DNA of 64,000 nucleotides from NCBI GenBank assembly GCA_900315395.1, contig OMZC01000107.1, positions 573 to 64,572 on the forward strand, read 5' to 3'. Shown here piece by piece: positions 1 through 7,685 of this stretch. Numbering within the stretch: position 1 is the first letter of the stretch; the number at the start of each line of letters is the position of its first letter. The notes under the pieces were generated by a model that did not search any database, was not told where the DNA came from, and saw only the letters and a list, made by a program, of their open reading frames with translations. Made by a program: the position numbers and the translations under genes. Source of the DNA: an uncultured Gammaproteobacteria bacterium (GTDB lineage Bacteria; Pseudomonadota; Gammaproteobacteria; Enterobacterales; Succinivibrionaceae).

Positions 1-419
1 TTTTAAAGAACCGTGATTTTGGAAAAGGAATTGATAAAAGCTTTAGCGAAGCACTTATTATTGCCTTATGCTCGTTAGTATCTTTAATTGTAGGCATGTA
101 TGATGGCATCTATGGTCCAGGTACTGGTACCTTCCTTTTAATTGGTTTTTGTACCTTTGCAAACTGTACCCTAAAGCATGCTAATGGTCTAGCTAAAGCG
201 GTAAATCTTGCGACAAACCTAGCTGCCTTTACAGTGTTCTGCATCAATGATTCTGTTATATTTACCTTAGGTCTTACAGCTGGTATTTTTAGTATTGCAG
301 GTAACTATGCAGGAGCTTTGTTCTTTGAAAAGAAAGGGGCTATCGGAACTAAACCTATCATGATCTTTGTGATTGCAATCTTTATTGTAAAGATCTGCTA
401 CGACCTCTTTAGCGTTTAG
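1..419 (+). CDS. TauE/SafE (YfcA-like) family anion exporter membrane protein, 5' end cut by the window edge
   Basis: The frame is open from base 3 to the stop at 417-419. It has the motif GMYDGIYGPGTGTFLL and Gly-rich hydrophobic helices typical of the TauE/SafE family. Confidence 0.7.
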   Translation, partial: LKNRDFGKGIDKSFSEALIIALCSLVSLIVGMYDGIYGPGTGTFLLIGFCTFANCTLKHANGLAKAVNLATNLAAFTVFCINDSVIFTLGLTAGIFSIAGNYAGALFFEKKGAIGTKPIMIFVIAIFIVKICYDLFSV

Positions 420-509
420 CAAAATCATAAAGCTAACCTAAGTTTAGCATTCTGAAAAGGCATAGTATCTATAAAGACTACACAATAAATAGATCTGAGC
501 TTTAAAATT

Positions 510-539
510 TTGAAAAAAGAAACAAAAATGCACTATAAT
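510..539 (+). promoter_or_regulatory. Sigma-70-type promoter of the antisense RNA (unit 1): TTGAAA-N18-TATAAT
   Basis: The -35 box is at 510-515 and the -10 box at 534-539. Equivalent boxes sit at 915-920/939-944 (TATAAT) and 1282-1287/1306-1311 (TAGAAT). Confidence 0.55.
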
Positions 540-545
540 TGAAGG

Positions 546-732
546 CAAGGCAAGAAATTTCTTTCTCACCTCACTTAAAGGGTGACTCTAATTTACCATG
601 CTGGTGTTGGCCATAATAGTAAAACTAGAATCACTAAAATAATTAAGGTTTTCATGCTAAATTCTTAATTTAAATTAGAAATTAGATTCTAATAATACTA
701 TAGAGCCATTTGCAGATGGCTCTATGTATTTT
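546..732 (+). ncRNA. Candidate cis-antisense antitoxin RNA (Sib-like), unit 1, about 185 nt
   Basis: It runs from the predicted TSS after the 534-539 -10 box, across the complement of the mini-ORF and its SD, to a 9-bp hairpin at 701-724 followed by UGUAUUUUA. Confidence 0.45.
593..655 (-). CDS. Candidate type I toxin, 20-aa hydrophobic peptide MKTLIILVILVLLLWPTPAW (unit 1)
   Basis: ATG at 655 and TAA at 593-595. Composition resembles Ibs-type peptides (a basic residue followed by an L/I/V run and an aromatic end). Frame, length and stop are preserved in unit 3 despite about 9 substitutions, including a synonymous CTA/CTG change. The SD is weakened here (AAGAA). Confidence 0.55.
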   Translation of the reverse strand: MKTLIILVILVLLLWPTPAW

Positions 733-825
733 AGAACCGCCCACCGCCTATAGCGCATCATGTTTTTTACCTGTTCTCTTGACTAATTAATAGTAATCAC
801 TAGTTTTTAATACTTTTTGGTATTT

Positions 826-856
826 GCTAAAACTACAGATTTTCAAGAATTGTAGT
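826..856 (-). terminator. Weak hairpin plus T-run on the minus strand at each unit boundary
   Basis: ACTACA (832-837) pairs with TGTAGT (851-856), followed on the minus strand by TTTTAGC. Equivalent 5-bp versions lie at 1201-1223 and 1872-1894, the last one downstream of tRNA-Leu. Confidence 0.3.
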
Positions 857-903
857 ACCGATCTGCCTAGATGAATATAATGATGGTGAGTTAAAATTTA
901 AGG

Positions 904-1023
904 TTAGAAAAATTTTGAAAACTGAATTAGAAATGCATTATAATTGAGAGTGAATCTAATTTCCAGTGCCGGAGCAGGCCATATTGGTAAAACTAGAATC
1001 ACTAAAATAATTAAGGTTTTCAT
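904..1023 (-). CDS. Variant or possibly decayed toxin-like mini-ORF, 39 aa MKTLIILVILVLPIWPAPALEIRFTLNYNAFLIQFSKFF (unit 2)
   Basis: The first 12 codons and the SD (AAGGA-N6-ATG) match units 1 and 3. A ~38-bp deletion relative to unit 1 removes the stop and the downstream hairpin, so the ORF reads on. Leu13 is replaced by Pro. Confidence 0.35.
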   Translation of the reverse strand: MKTLIILVILVLPIWPAPALEIRFTLNYNAFLIQFSKFF

Positions 1024-1100
1024 TCTCAATCCTTAATTTAAATTAGAAATTAGATTCTAATAATACTATAGAGCCATTTGCAGATGGCTCTATGTATTTT
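951..1100 (+). ncRNA. Candidate cis-antisense antitoxin RNA, unit 2, about 150 nt
   Basis: Same architecture as unit 1: promoter at 915-944, hairpin at 1069-1092, U-rich tail. Confidence 0.4.
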
Positions 1101-1317
1101 AGAACCACCCACGCCTATAGCGCATCATGATTTTTACCTGTTCTCTTGGCTAATTACTAGTAATCACTAGTTTTTTAATACTTTTTGCTATTTGCTAAAA
1201 CTACAGATTTTCAAGACTTGTAGCGTTGATCTGCCTAGATAAACTTAATGATGGAGAAATAAATTTAAGATTAGAAAAAATTTGAAAAAAGAATTAAAAA
1301 TGCACTAGAATTAAAGG

Positions 1318-1498
1318 TGAGGAAGAAATTGCTTTCTTGCTTCGGAGTGATTCTAGTTTACCATACAGGTTGGGCCCATAACAGTAAAACTAGAATCGCT
1401 AAAATAATTAAGGTTTTCATACTAAATCCTTAATTTAAATTAGAAATTAGATTCTAATAATACTATAGAGCCATTTCCCCGATGGCTCTATGTATTTT
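1318..1498 (+). ncRNA. Candidate cis-antisense antitoxin RNA, unit 3, about 180 nt
   Basis: Promoter at 1282-1311 (TAGAAT -10 box). The hairpin at 1466-1490 has the same stem but a different loop (TTCCCCG). Confidence 0.4.
1358..1420 (-). CDS. Candidate type I toxin, 20-aa hydrophobic peptide MKTLIILAILVLLLWAQPVW (unit 3)
   Basis: ATG at 1420, TAA at 1358-1360, SD AAGGA 6 nt upstream. It is a paralogue of the unit 1 peptide. Confidence 0.55.
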   Translation of the reverse strand: MKTLIILAILVLLLWAQPVW

Positions 1499-1574
1499 AG
1501 AACCACCCACGCCTATAGCGCATCATTATTTTACCTGTTCTATTGGCTAATTACTAGTAATCACTAGTTTTTTA

Positions 1575-1841
1575 ATAGCAGTTACGCATCAAACTGACCA
1601 TATTTCAACCAATTCTAAGAATTTCAACTTTAGTGCGTATTATAGTCAAATATAATACATAAACTTCGTCAATTTAAGTGTACCGATCATTTTACTTATT
1701 CTCTCTCCTTTATTTTTTCTGAAATTTGATCAAGTTATTAAACAATTTTGAATTTTTACTAATTTAGCTACAACCTTCAGAACGCTTTGGCTTATTTATC
1801 TGCTTCTAAAATTAAGTTGTAGCTTCATGCGTAACTACTAT
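1575..1841. mobile_element. 267-bp non-coding MITE-like insertion inside repeat unit 3
   Basis: Terminal inverted repeats are ATAGCAGTTACGCATCAA (1575-1592) and the reverse complement of 1824-1841, ATAGTAGTTACGCATGAA (16/18 match). Flanking direct duplication is AGTTTTTTA (1566-1574) and AGTTTTTA (1842-1849). Removing the element plus one duplicate restores the intact repeat consensus CACTAGTTTTTTAATACTTTT. There is no ORF inside. Confidence 0.6.
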
Positions 1842-2021
1842 AGTTTTTAATACTTTTGGTATCTGACAAAACTACAGATTTTCAAGACTTGTAGCATCGA
1901 GCAGCTTTGAAAATTAAACAGATCTCGAAAGAAATTTAAAATTAGTAACTTGTTGATACTACTTATAAATTTACTCAAAAGGTAAATTGAAATTTTGTAA
2001 GATAGGATAGAAGGAAAGATC

Positions 2022-2108
2022 TGGTGCCGAAGATGGGACTCGAACCCATACGCTTTTAAGGGCGGCGGATTTTGAATCCGCTGCGTCTACCAATTCCGCC
2101 ACTTCGGC
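2022..2108 (-). tRNA. tRNA-Leu (anticodon CAA)
   Basis: The reverse complement reads GCCGAAGTGGCGGAATTGGTAGACGC...GGATTCAAAATCC...GGTTCGAGTCCCATCTTCGGCACCA. It has a 7-bp acceptor stem, a long variable arm, a T-loop GGTTCGAGTCC and an encoded CCA. Confidence 0.93.
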
Positions 2109-2160
2109 ACAGAATGGCATCATTATATAGATCGTATCCTAGTTTGTCAAAGCACAATTC

Positions 2161-3225
2161 TTATGATTTTCTGTTCAAAAGATAGATTGCAAAGCCTGCA
2201 AAGATAATAGTAGCAAATGAAGCTCCTACAATCGGAGGAACGCCATAAACTATGGAGAATGGAGCTACGATCTGATTTAAAACATAGTAGCCAAAGCCTA
2301 AAGAAATACCAGATAGAATTCTTGCACCCATGTTCATTGAGCGCAATGGTCCAAAAATAGTAGATAAGGCTAATAGTAGCATCACAAGCATTACTAATGG
2401 CGACATGAACTTATTGTATAAAGCCAAACGGTAACGAGATGAATCGACTCCGTTGTGCTCAATGTAGTTAATATAGTCATAAAGCTGTAGCACTGATAGG
2501 TTCTCTGAAACATCGCTTAAAACTTCAATTCGCTTTAAGTTAATGCCAATCTGCCACACCTGCTTAGGAATATTCTCATGAACAGTTCCTGCATCAGTTA
2601 AAGTTAACTTGTTAACGTCATACATTACCCACTGATCATTCTCGTATTGTCCTATACGAGCCTTAGAGTATGACTTTAGCTTGTTACCTTCAACTTCATA
2701 GCGGACAACACCCATAAGCATGTTACCGTTAACAATACCTAAAATACCGATGTAGTTGTTCCCCTCTTTAATCCAAGTGCCATTGGTAGTTAAAGAAACA
2801 CCTACGTTCAGCGATGCCTTATCAAAATTCTCTTCAGCAATTTTCTCAAGTCTTGGGGCTACAAACTCACCAATGCACAAGATCACGATGATTAGAGGAA
2901 TAATGCTCTTTACACAAGAAACACCGATGTTAAGTTTTGACAGACCGATAGACTGTAAAATGATGATCTCTGAGTTTCTTGCCATCATACCAAGACCAAC
3001 CACACCACCAATCAGAATTGATACTGGGAAGAAGGTTACGCAAATGCCTGGAATTTTGTGCATCACATATTTGATAACAAATAGGAAATCAATAGAGCCA
3101 CGACCAATATAACGTAGAGCATCAATGAAAGTGATGAGACCTGCAAACAGGGTCATACACACCGCTACTAACAGCACTGATAAAATAATATTTTTGCCTA
3201 CATATCTATCGAGAATTCCGTACAT
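2161..3225 (-). CDS. lptG: LPS export ABC transporter permease LptG
   Basis: N-terminus MYGILDRYVGK and overall length match the LptG/YjgQ family. The start is moved to the ATG at 3225, which has GGAGA about 10 nt upstream; the track start at 3246 is a TTG extension. Confidence 0.85.
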   Translation of the reverse strand: MYGILDRYVGKNIILSVLLVAVCMTLFAGLITFIDALRYIGRGSIDFLFVIKYVMHKIPGICVTFFPVSILIGGVVGLGMMARNSEIIILQSIGLSKLNIGVSCVKSIIPLIIVILCIGEFVAPRLEKIAEENFDKASLNVGVSLTTNGTWIKEGNNYIGILGIVNGNMLMGVVRYEVEGNKLKSYSKARIGQYENDQWVMYDVNKLTLTDAGTVHENIPKQVWQIGINLKRIEVLSDVSENLSVLQLYDYINYIEHNGVDSSRYRLALYNKFMSPLVMLVMLLLALSTIFGPLRSMNMGARILSGISLGFGYYVLNQIVAPFSIVYGVPPIVGASFATIIFAGFAIYLLNRKS

Positions 3226-3708
3226 AGATTTCGTGTCTCCATTCAATTAGCACCATTTTATCATACGAAGGGAAAAAACTCTTAGTTCATAAAGGTATAG
3301 AGACATTTTCATAAAAGATGCATTTTCAGGAAGAACCTATTCACAATGGTGCATTTAAAAGTAAAACTTTGATCCATCTAATGATTTGAAATTAAATATG
3401 AAACTAGAAGTCAATTTTTTTGAGAAAAATGGCGTTTTTATCTTTATTTTATGCCTCATCTATTGATAACATAGTGAGTGTAAGCTCATTGATTTATAAA
3501 AGCAGTTTATTTTAATCTATCACTTATATATATCATGTATTATTATTTTCATGATAATATAATTGCAAGATTAAGTGTAAAATCTAAATAATAACGTTTA
3601 GCTTAGATTTTTTAGAACAAAAACGTGAATAAATCACTTGTTCTAAAAAGACTTTATATACATGAAAAATCACCTATATAAAGCTTATTAACATAAATAA
3701 AAATAATT

Positions 3709-4602
3709 ATGAAAACAAATTATCCAATACCTGTTAGAGAGAGAACGATAAACTTCCCTTTTGAATACTATCATTATGATAAGACTAATGACTTTTTCGT
3801 AGTGCCTTTCCACTATCACGAAGATCAGCAGTTATTCAGAGTGATTAAAGGAAGTGTCACCATCACTGCTAATTCACACCTCATTACCTTAAATGAAGGT
3901 GACTGCAGTGTTATTGGAGCTAATGCGGTTCATGCCTGTCAGCCTTGCTCTGAAGAAACTGAATATGAGTCTATTACCTTTAATTTAAGAGATATCTATG
4001 ATCTCTCAATGCCTCATTATTCAATCATCAAAATGATGGTTACTCATCAGTTAGAAGTACAGACCTTCTTCACTAGAGACGATGACAAAGAGATCACTGC
4101 TGTAATTGAAGATATCTTCAGTCACGTCAAAGATGACGATCTGTGCACAAGTATCAGATTGATTGGCAAGCTTACCAATCTGTTTACCCTAGTTGTTGAA
4201 AAGAATGATTACACTCTTTATGACAATGAGGTGGCAGGTCGTTTCTACAAACACTTTACCAAAGCTAATAACGTCTTTAGATATATCTTTGATAACTATA
4301 CTCAGGACATTACCCTTGAGGATATGGCTAAGTCTGTAGAATTATCTGAAAAGTATTTCTGTAAGTTCTTTAAAGAGCTTACAAGTTACAGACCAATGGA
4401 ATACTTGAATAAGTTCAGAACTGAAGTAGCTGCAATTGAGCTTACAACTACCTTAGACAGCATCAATGAAGTTGCTAAAAGATGTGGTTTTAAAGATCCT
4501 TGCTACTTTACCAAGCTCTTTAAGAGGTTTGTGGGTGTTTCTCCAAGAGAATACAGAGAGAACCATCCTAATCGTGTAACTTACGCTTACTCTCTAGAGT
4601 AA
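3709..4602 (+). CDS. AraC family transcriptional regulator (N-terminal cupin, C-terminal double HTH)
   Basis: Cupin-like region HYHEDQQLFRVIKG...GANAVHAC. C-terminal AraC signature EDMAKSVELSEKYFCKFFKE...VAKRCGFKDPCYFTKLFKRFVGVSPREYR. Confidence 0.85.
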   Translation: MKTNYPIPVRERTINFPFEYYHYDKTNDFFVVPFHYHEDQQLFRVIKGSVTITANSHLITLNEGDCSVIGANAVHACQPCSEETEYESITFNLRDIYDLSMPHYSIIKMMVTHQLEVQTFFTRDDDKEITAVIEDIFSHVKDDDLCTSIRLIGKLTNLFTLVVEKNDYTLYDNEVAGRFYKHFTKANNVFRYIFDNYTQDITLEDMAKSVELSEKYFCKFFKELTSYRPMEYLNKFRTEVAAIELTTTLDSINEVAKRCGFKDPCYFTKLFKRFVGVSPREYRENHPNRVTYAYSLE

Positions 4603-4619
4603 ATTAAGTTCGACTCTTA

Positions 4620-4650
4620 CAAAAAAATGCAGCTTAAGCTGCATTTTTTA
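4620..4650. terminator. Bidirectional intrinsic terminator between the AraC gene and lptF
   Basis: AAAAAAATGCAGC-TTAA-GCTGCATTTTTT is a perfect 7-bp GC-containing stem flanked by an A-run and a T-run. Confidence 0.8.
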
Positions 4651-4675
4651 TCATCGTCTTTCTCAATAACCTTTC

Positions 4676-5794
4676 TTAGCTTTTTACCTCAAGAGTCTTT
4701 TTTGACTTCTTAATTTTCTTCTTAATATCGATATTCAAAGGAATAGCCACAAAGATTAAATAAATTATAGGTACGATGTACATGCCTGGATATAAAGGCA
4801 GTTTCTCAGAATTTAATAGATTTCTGATTGAAAGTAATACTAAGTAATAGCTTACAAACAGTAAGATAGCTGGTCCTAAACGCGCAAACTTACCCTGACG
4901 AGGGTTAATCATAGACAGAGGAATAGCCAAGATTGCAAAGATAAAGCAACCTAAAACAGGGGCTATACGCCACTGTAGCTCTACTTTTGACTTAACCTTA
5001 TCTGAGTGAATTAAATCTAATGTAGAAATACCCTGCAATACATCATCCTTTAGATTGCTGTTTCTGTCAGCAGGAACAGGTACTGCTAGAGTGTCATAGC
5101 TTGTATTCTTTAGAGAACCATCTTTACCGCTGGTCTGATAGAGGTTACCCTCTCCTAAAGTTAACCATCTTATGCCATCTTCATCAGTACGGATGTAACC
5201 TGTTTTAGCTACATTGAATACAGTTTCTTTGTTTTTAATCATCACTGTATCAAGGTTCTTAATCACAACTACTTGATCTAGTGACTTATCCTTTTTCTCG
5301 CCACCGTTTACAGTCTGAATGTAGATAGTGTAGTCTCCAAAGTCTGAAAACTTACCGCTTTCAATTGGCATATAGCTAGGGTTATTCTGAGTATTGTTGC
5401 TCAATACCTTCTGCTCATAGGTAGCTTTAGGCATTAAGTACAGACAATTTACAGCAGTAAAAACAGCTGTAATTAAGGCCAGTAATAAGCCTATCTTCAT
5501 GAAGGTAACACCAGAAATACCAATTGATTTCATCACTACCATTTCTGAATCTGATGACATTCTTGATAAAGAAACAATAATGCCTACATACAAGGTCATA
5601 GGAAGCAGAATGAAACCTACTGATGGCATTGAATAGAGCACTAACTCTGAAACAATGTTTACAGGAACAGAGCCTGAAGATGCCTGACCTAAAAGCTTAA
5701 TTACGGTTTGACATAAAAAAACGGTAAACAGTACGGCAAAGCATACTACCTGAACTTTTAGAATGTCTTTGAAGATATATCTGGTTAAAATCAA
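4676..5794 (-). CDS. lptF: LPS export ABC transporter permease LptF (TTG start)
   Basis: The N-terminus MILTRYIFKDILKVQ aligns with E. coli LptF MIIIRYLVRETLKSQ. It has the periplasmic beta-jellyroll insert and C-terminal TM helices. Confidence 0.85.
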   Translation of the reverse strand: MILTRYIFKDILKVQVVCFAVLFTVFLCQTVIKLLGQASSGSVPVNIVSELVLYSMPSVGFILLPMTLYVGIIVSLSRMSSDSEMVVMKSIGISGVTFMKIGLLLALITAVFTAVNCLYLMPKATYEQKVLSNNTQNNPSYMPIESGKFSDFGDYTIYIQTVNGGEKKDKSLDQVVVIKNLDTVMIKNKETVFNVAKTGYIRTDEDGIRWLTLGEGNLYQTSGKDGSLKNTSYDTLAVPVPADRNSNLKDDVLQGISTLDLIHSDKVKSKVELQWRIAPVLGCFIFAILAIPLSMINPRQGKFARLGPAILLFVSYYLVLLSIRNLLNSEKLPLYPGMYIVPIIYLIFVAIPLNIDIKKKIKKSKKTLEVKS

Positions 5795-5843
5795 AACTAT
5801 CTACCTTTGTTAAGTTAGCTAAAACGCTTAAATCTTAAGATTT

Positions 5844-6971
5844 TTAGTTGTCTTTGCGCTTTAATGCCTGTATCCATGCTTTGATTAAAGCTATTGGAGC
5901 TCTGCTAGGGATCAAGTTACCGTCTGCTCGAATAAACTTGAGATCATTAAAGGCTTCAAATAAATGTGTTGCAGGCAAACGACATAATGCTGATAAATCT
6001 ATACCTGCTAGCAAAACTAACTCTGTAAGCTTACATCTAGACTTATATTTTAGCAGTTCTGTAACTATCTTTTGCAAAATATGAGCGCTCTCTGAAGGTG
6101 TGAGAGAATTTAGTAAATCTACAAGCTCATTTTCTTTAATATTTGCTAAATTAGTGTCATTGCATGAAATAACAGTTTCTAGCTTTTGCACAACGTCTCT
6201 TGCGACCTTATCTTTTTGAGCATAATAAATCTGCAACGCACCAGTTGGAGAACCATCAGCTAAAGATAAGGCAATCTTTGCTCTTAGCTCTTCAAAATCG
6301 TTACCTAATCTTTGCTTTAAATACTCAAAAGAATCCTCAACTCTTACAGCTGGGATCTGAATTTTAGTAGCTCTAGAGAGTAAAGTTGGAGGCAAGTCCT
6401 CAAAAGCTCTAGTTAATAAAATGATCATGGTATCAGCAGGAGGCTCTTCAAAAGTCTTTAAAAGAGCATTTGAGGCTGAATCTAACATGGTATGAGCATT
6501 AGAAATAACTGCTACCTTACCATGTGAGAAGACAGAGCCTTCGCTTACCCACTCATTTAGCTTACGAATACCATCAACTCTGACACTTCTTGAGGCATTA
6601 GAGACTTTATTTTCACTTGTAGCTAAATACTCTTCAGCAGAGAAGGCGCCTTCCATGTTTACAATCAGATCTCGAAAGAAATGAGTTAAATCCTCATCTT
6701 TATCACTTTCATCTACAGTTGAACTCAATAGAGCGATAAAGTCAGGATGAGAGCCTGTCTGCAGTTCATTGAACTGTAAACATGATTTACAGCTATTGCA
6801 GTAGTGATCTTCATGGCGATTGAGGCATAAGTAGAGTTTAGCGCACTCAATAGCCAGTCTTGCGCCACCTAAATTAGGGTTACCAGCAATGATTAGAGAA
6901 TGAGGAGCTCTTCCCTGTAAAAGAGACTTTGAAAATATGTTAAATGATGATCTTAACCAGTTCTCAAGCAT
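5844..6971 (-). CDS. holB: DNA polymerase III subunit delta prime
   Basis: Motifs HSLIIAGNPNLGG, the zinc module CNSCKSC, NALLKTFEEPP and LSRATKI. It lies in the conserved tmk-holB context. Confidence 0.85.
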   Translation of the reverse strand: MLENWLRSSFNIFSKSLLQGRAPHSLIIAGNPNLGGARLAIECAKLYLCLNRHEDHYCNSCKSCLQFNELQTGSHPDFIALLSSTVDESDKDEDLTHFFRDLIVNMEGAFSAEEYLATSENKVSNASRSVRVDGIRKLNEWVSEGSVFSHGKVAVISNAHTMLDSASNALLKTFEEPPADTMIILLTRAFEDLPPTLLSRATKIQIPAVRVEDSFEYLKQRLGNDFEELRAKIALSLADGSPTGALQIYYAQKDKVARDVVQKLETVISCNDTNLANIKENELVDLLNSLTPSESAHILQKIVTELLKYKSRCKLTELVLLAGIDLSALCRLPATHLFEAFNDLKFIRADGNLIPSRAPIALIKAWIQALKRKDN

Positions 6972-7590
6972 TTAAATTATCCAAACAAGATATTACATCT
7001 TTACTTACAGCCAAGATTTCCTTTTGACCATCTACAACTTTAACAAACTCAGGATGATGCTTTGCATACTCAAGATAGGTATTACGAACGCGCTCAAAGA
7101 AATCAATTTGAGATAATTCAAATCTGTCTAGTTCACCACGGTTTCTTGCTCTTTGCATACCGATCTTAGGATCGACATCGATGACAATAGTAAGATCTGG
7201 TCTGAAATCACCTAAAACAACTTTTCTAATAGCATTGATATCATCCATATTCATGCCTCTGCCACCGCCCTGATAGGCTACAGTAGACAAATCATGGCGA
7301 TCACAGATAACATCTGTTCCTTGTGCTAATAAAGGCTTAATTACGGTTTCTACTAATTGAGCGCGAGCTGCATACATTAAAAGAAGCTCAGTCTTATCGC
7401 ACATATTGTCATCTTTACGAGGAGTCTTTAAAAGAGTTCTGATCTCCTCAGCAATAGGAGTACCACCAGGTTCTCTTAAACATACAACCTTATGACCTTT
7501 TGCTTCCATATGTGCTTTGATAACAGCTATCTGAGTTGATTTTCCAGACCCCTCAGTTCCTTCTAATGTGATAAATAAGCCTTTTTTCAT
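6964..7590 (-). CDS. tmk: dTMP (thymidylate) kinase
   Basis: P-loop FITLEGTEGSGKST and the DRH/DLS motifs. It overlaps holB by 8 nt. Confidence 0.93.
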   Translation of the reverse strand: MKKGLFITLEGTEGSGKSTQIAVIKAHMEAKGHKVVCLREPGGTPIAEEIRTLLKTPRKDDNMCDKTELLLMYAARAQLVETVIKPLLAQGTDVICDRHDLSTVAYQGGGRGMNMDDINAIRKVVLGDFRPDLTIVIDVDPKIGMQRARNRGELDRFELSQIDFFERVRNTYLEYAKHHPEFVKVVDGQKEILAVSKDVISCLDNLNA

Positions 7591-7685
7591 CGTTCTTTTC
7601 TAAAGTTAAATGTATGTACAACAATAAGTACTAAAAAACTGTAAGGCACAAGAGTATCTTACAGTAAATAAAAATTGACTGATGA

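Larger units (their letters stand above)
500..1900. repeat. Three tandem direct repeat units (about 500-904, 905-1271, and 1272-1574 continuing at 1842-1900), periods 405 and 367 bp
   Basis: Read directly. The TTGAAA-N18-TATAAT boxes recur at 510, 915 and 1282. The mini-ORF, the hairpin TAGAGCCAT-loop-ATGGCTCTA, the GC-rich block GAACC(G/A)CCCAC(C)GCCTATAGCGCATCAT, ACTAGTAATCACTAGT and the ACTACA...TGTAGT hairpin all recur in the same order. Confidence 0.9.

Noticed and set aside
700-790. Short ORFs in the GC-rich conserved block of the repeat (MMRYRRWAVLKY... on the minus strand, MFFTCSLD on the plus strand)
   Set aside because: A 1-nt indel between units shifts the minus-strand frame (28 aa versus 9 aa). 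The plus-strand ATG is missing in unit 3. Conservation there is at the nucleotide level, not the protein level.
500-1900. Could the tandem repeats be a CRISPR array?
   Set aside because: The units are 367-405 bp long with homologous sequence throughout. There is no alternation of short 25-40-bp repeats with unique spacers, and no cas genes are nearby.
2756-3112. Antisense ORFs inside long genes. These are 2756-3112, 5848-6084, 11931-12122, 12630-13040, 13635-14066, 16056-16322, 27014-27245, 27617-28155, 30463-30771, 31306-31833, 35490-35726, 38634-38822, 40615-40857, 43240-43443, 44590-45498, 48105-48404, 49216-49741, 52314-52922, 54330-54584, 55437-55631, 57559-57822, 59339-59932, 60423-60889, 61547-62038, 62693-62914 and 63101-63548.
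   Set aside because: All of them are embedded in, or out of frame with, confidently identified conserved genes. None has its own SD or a recognisable domain. They are typical shadow ORFs.
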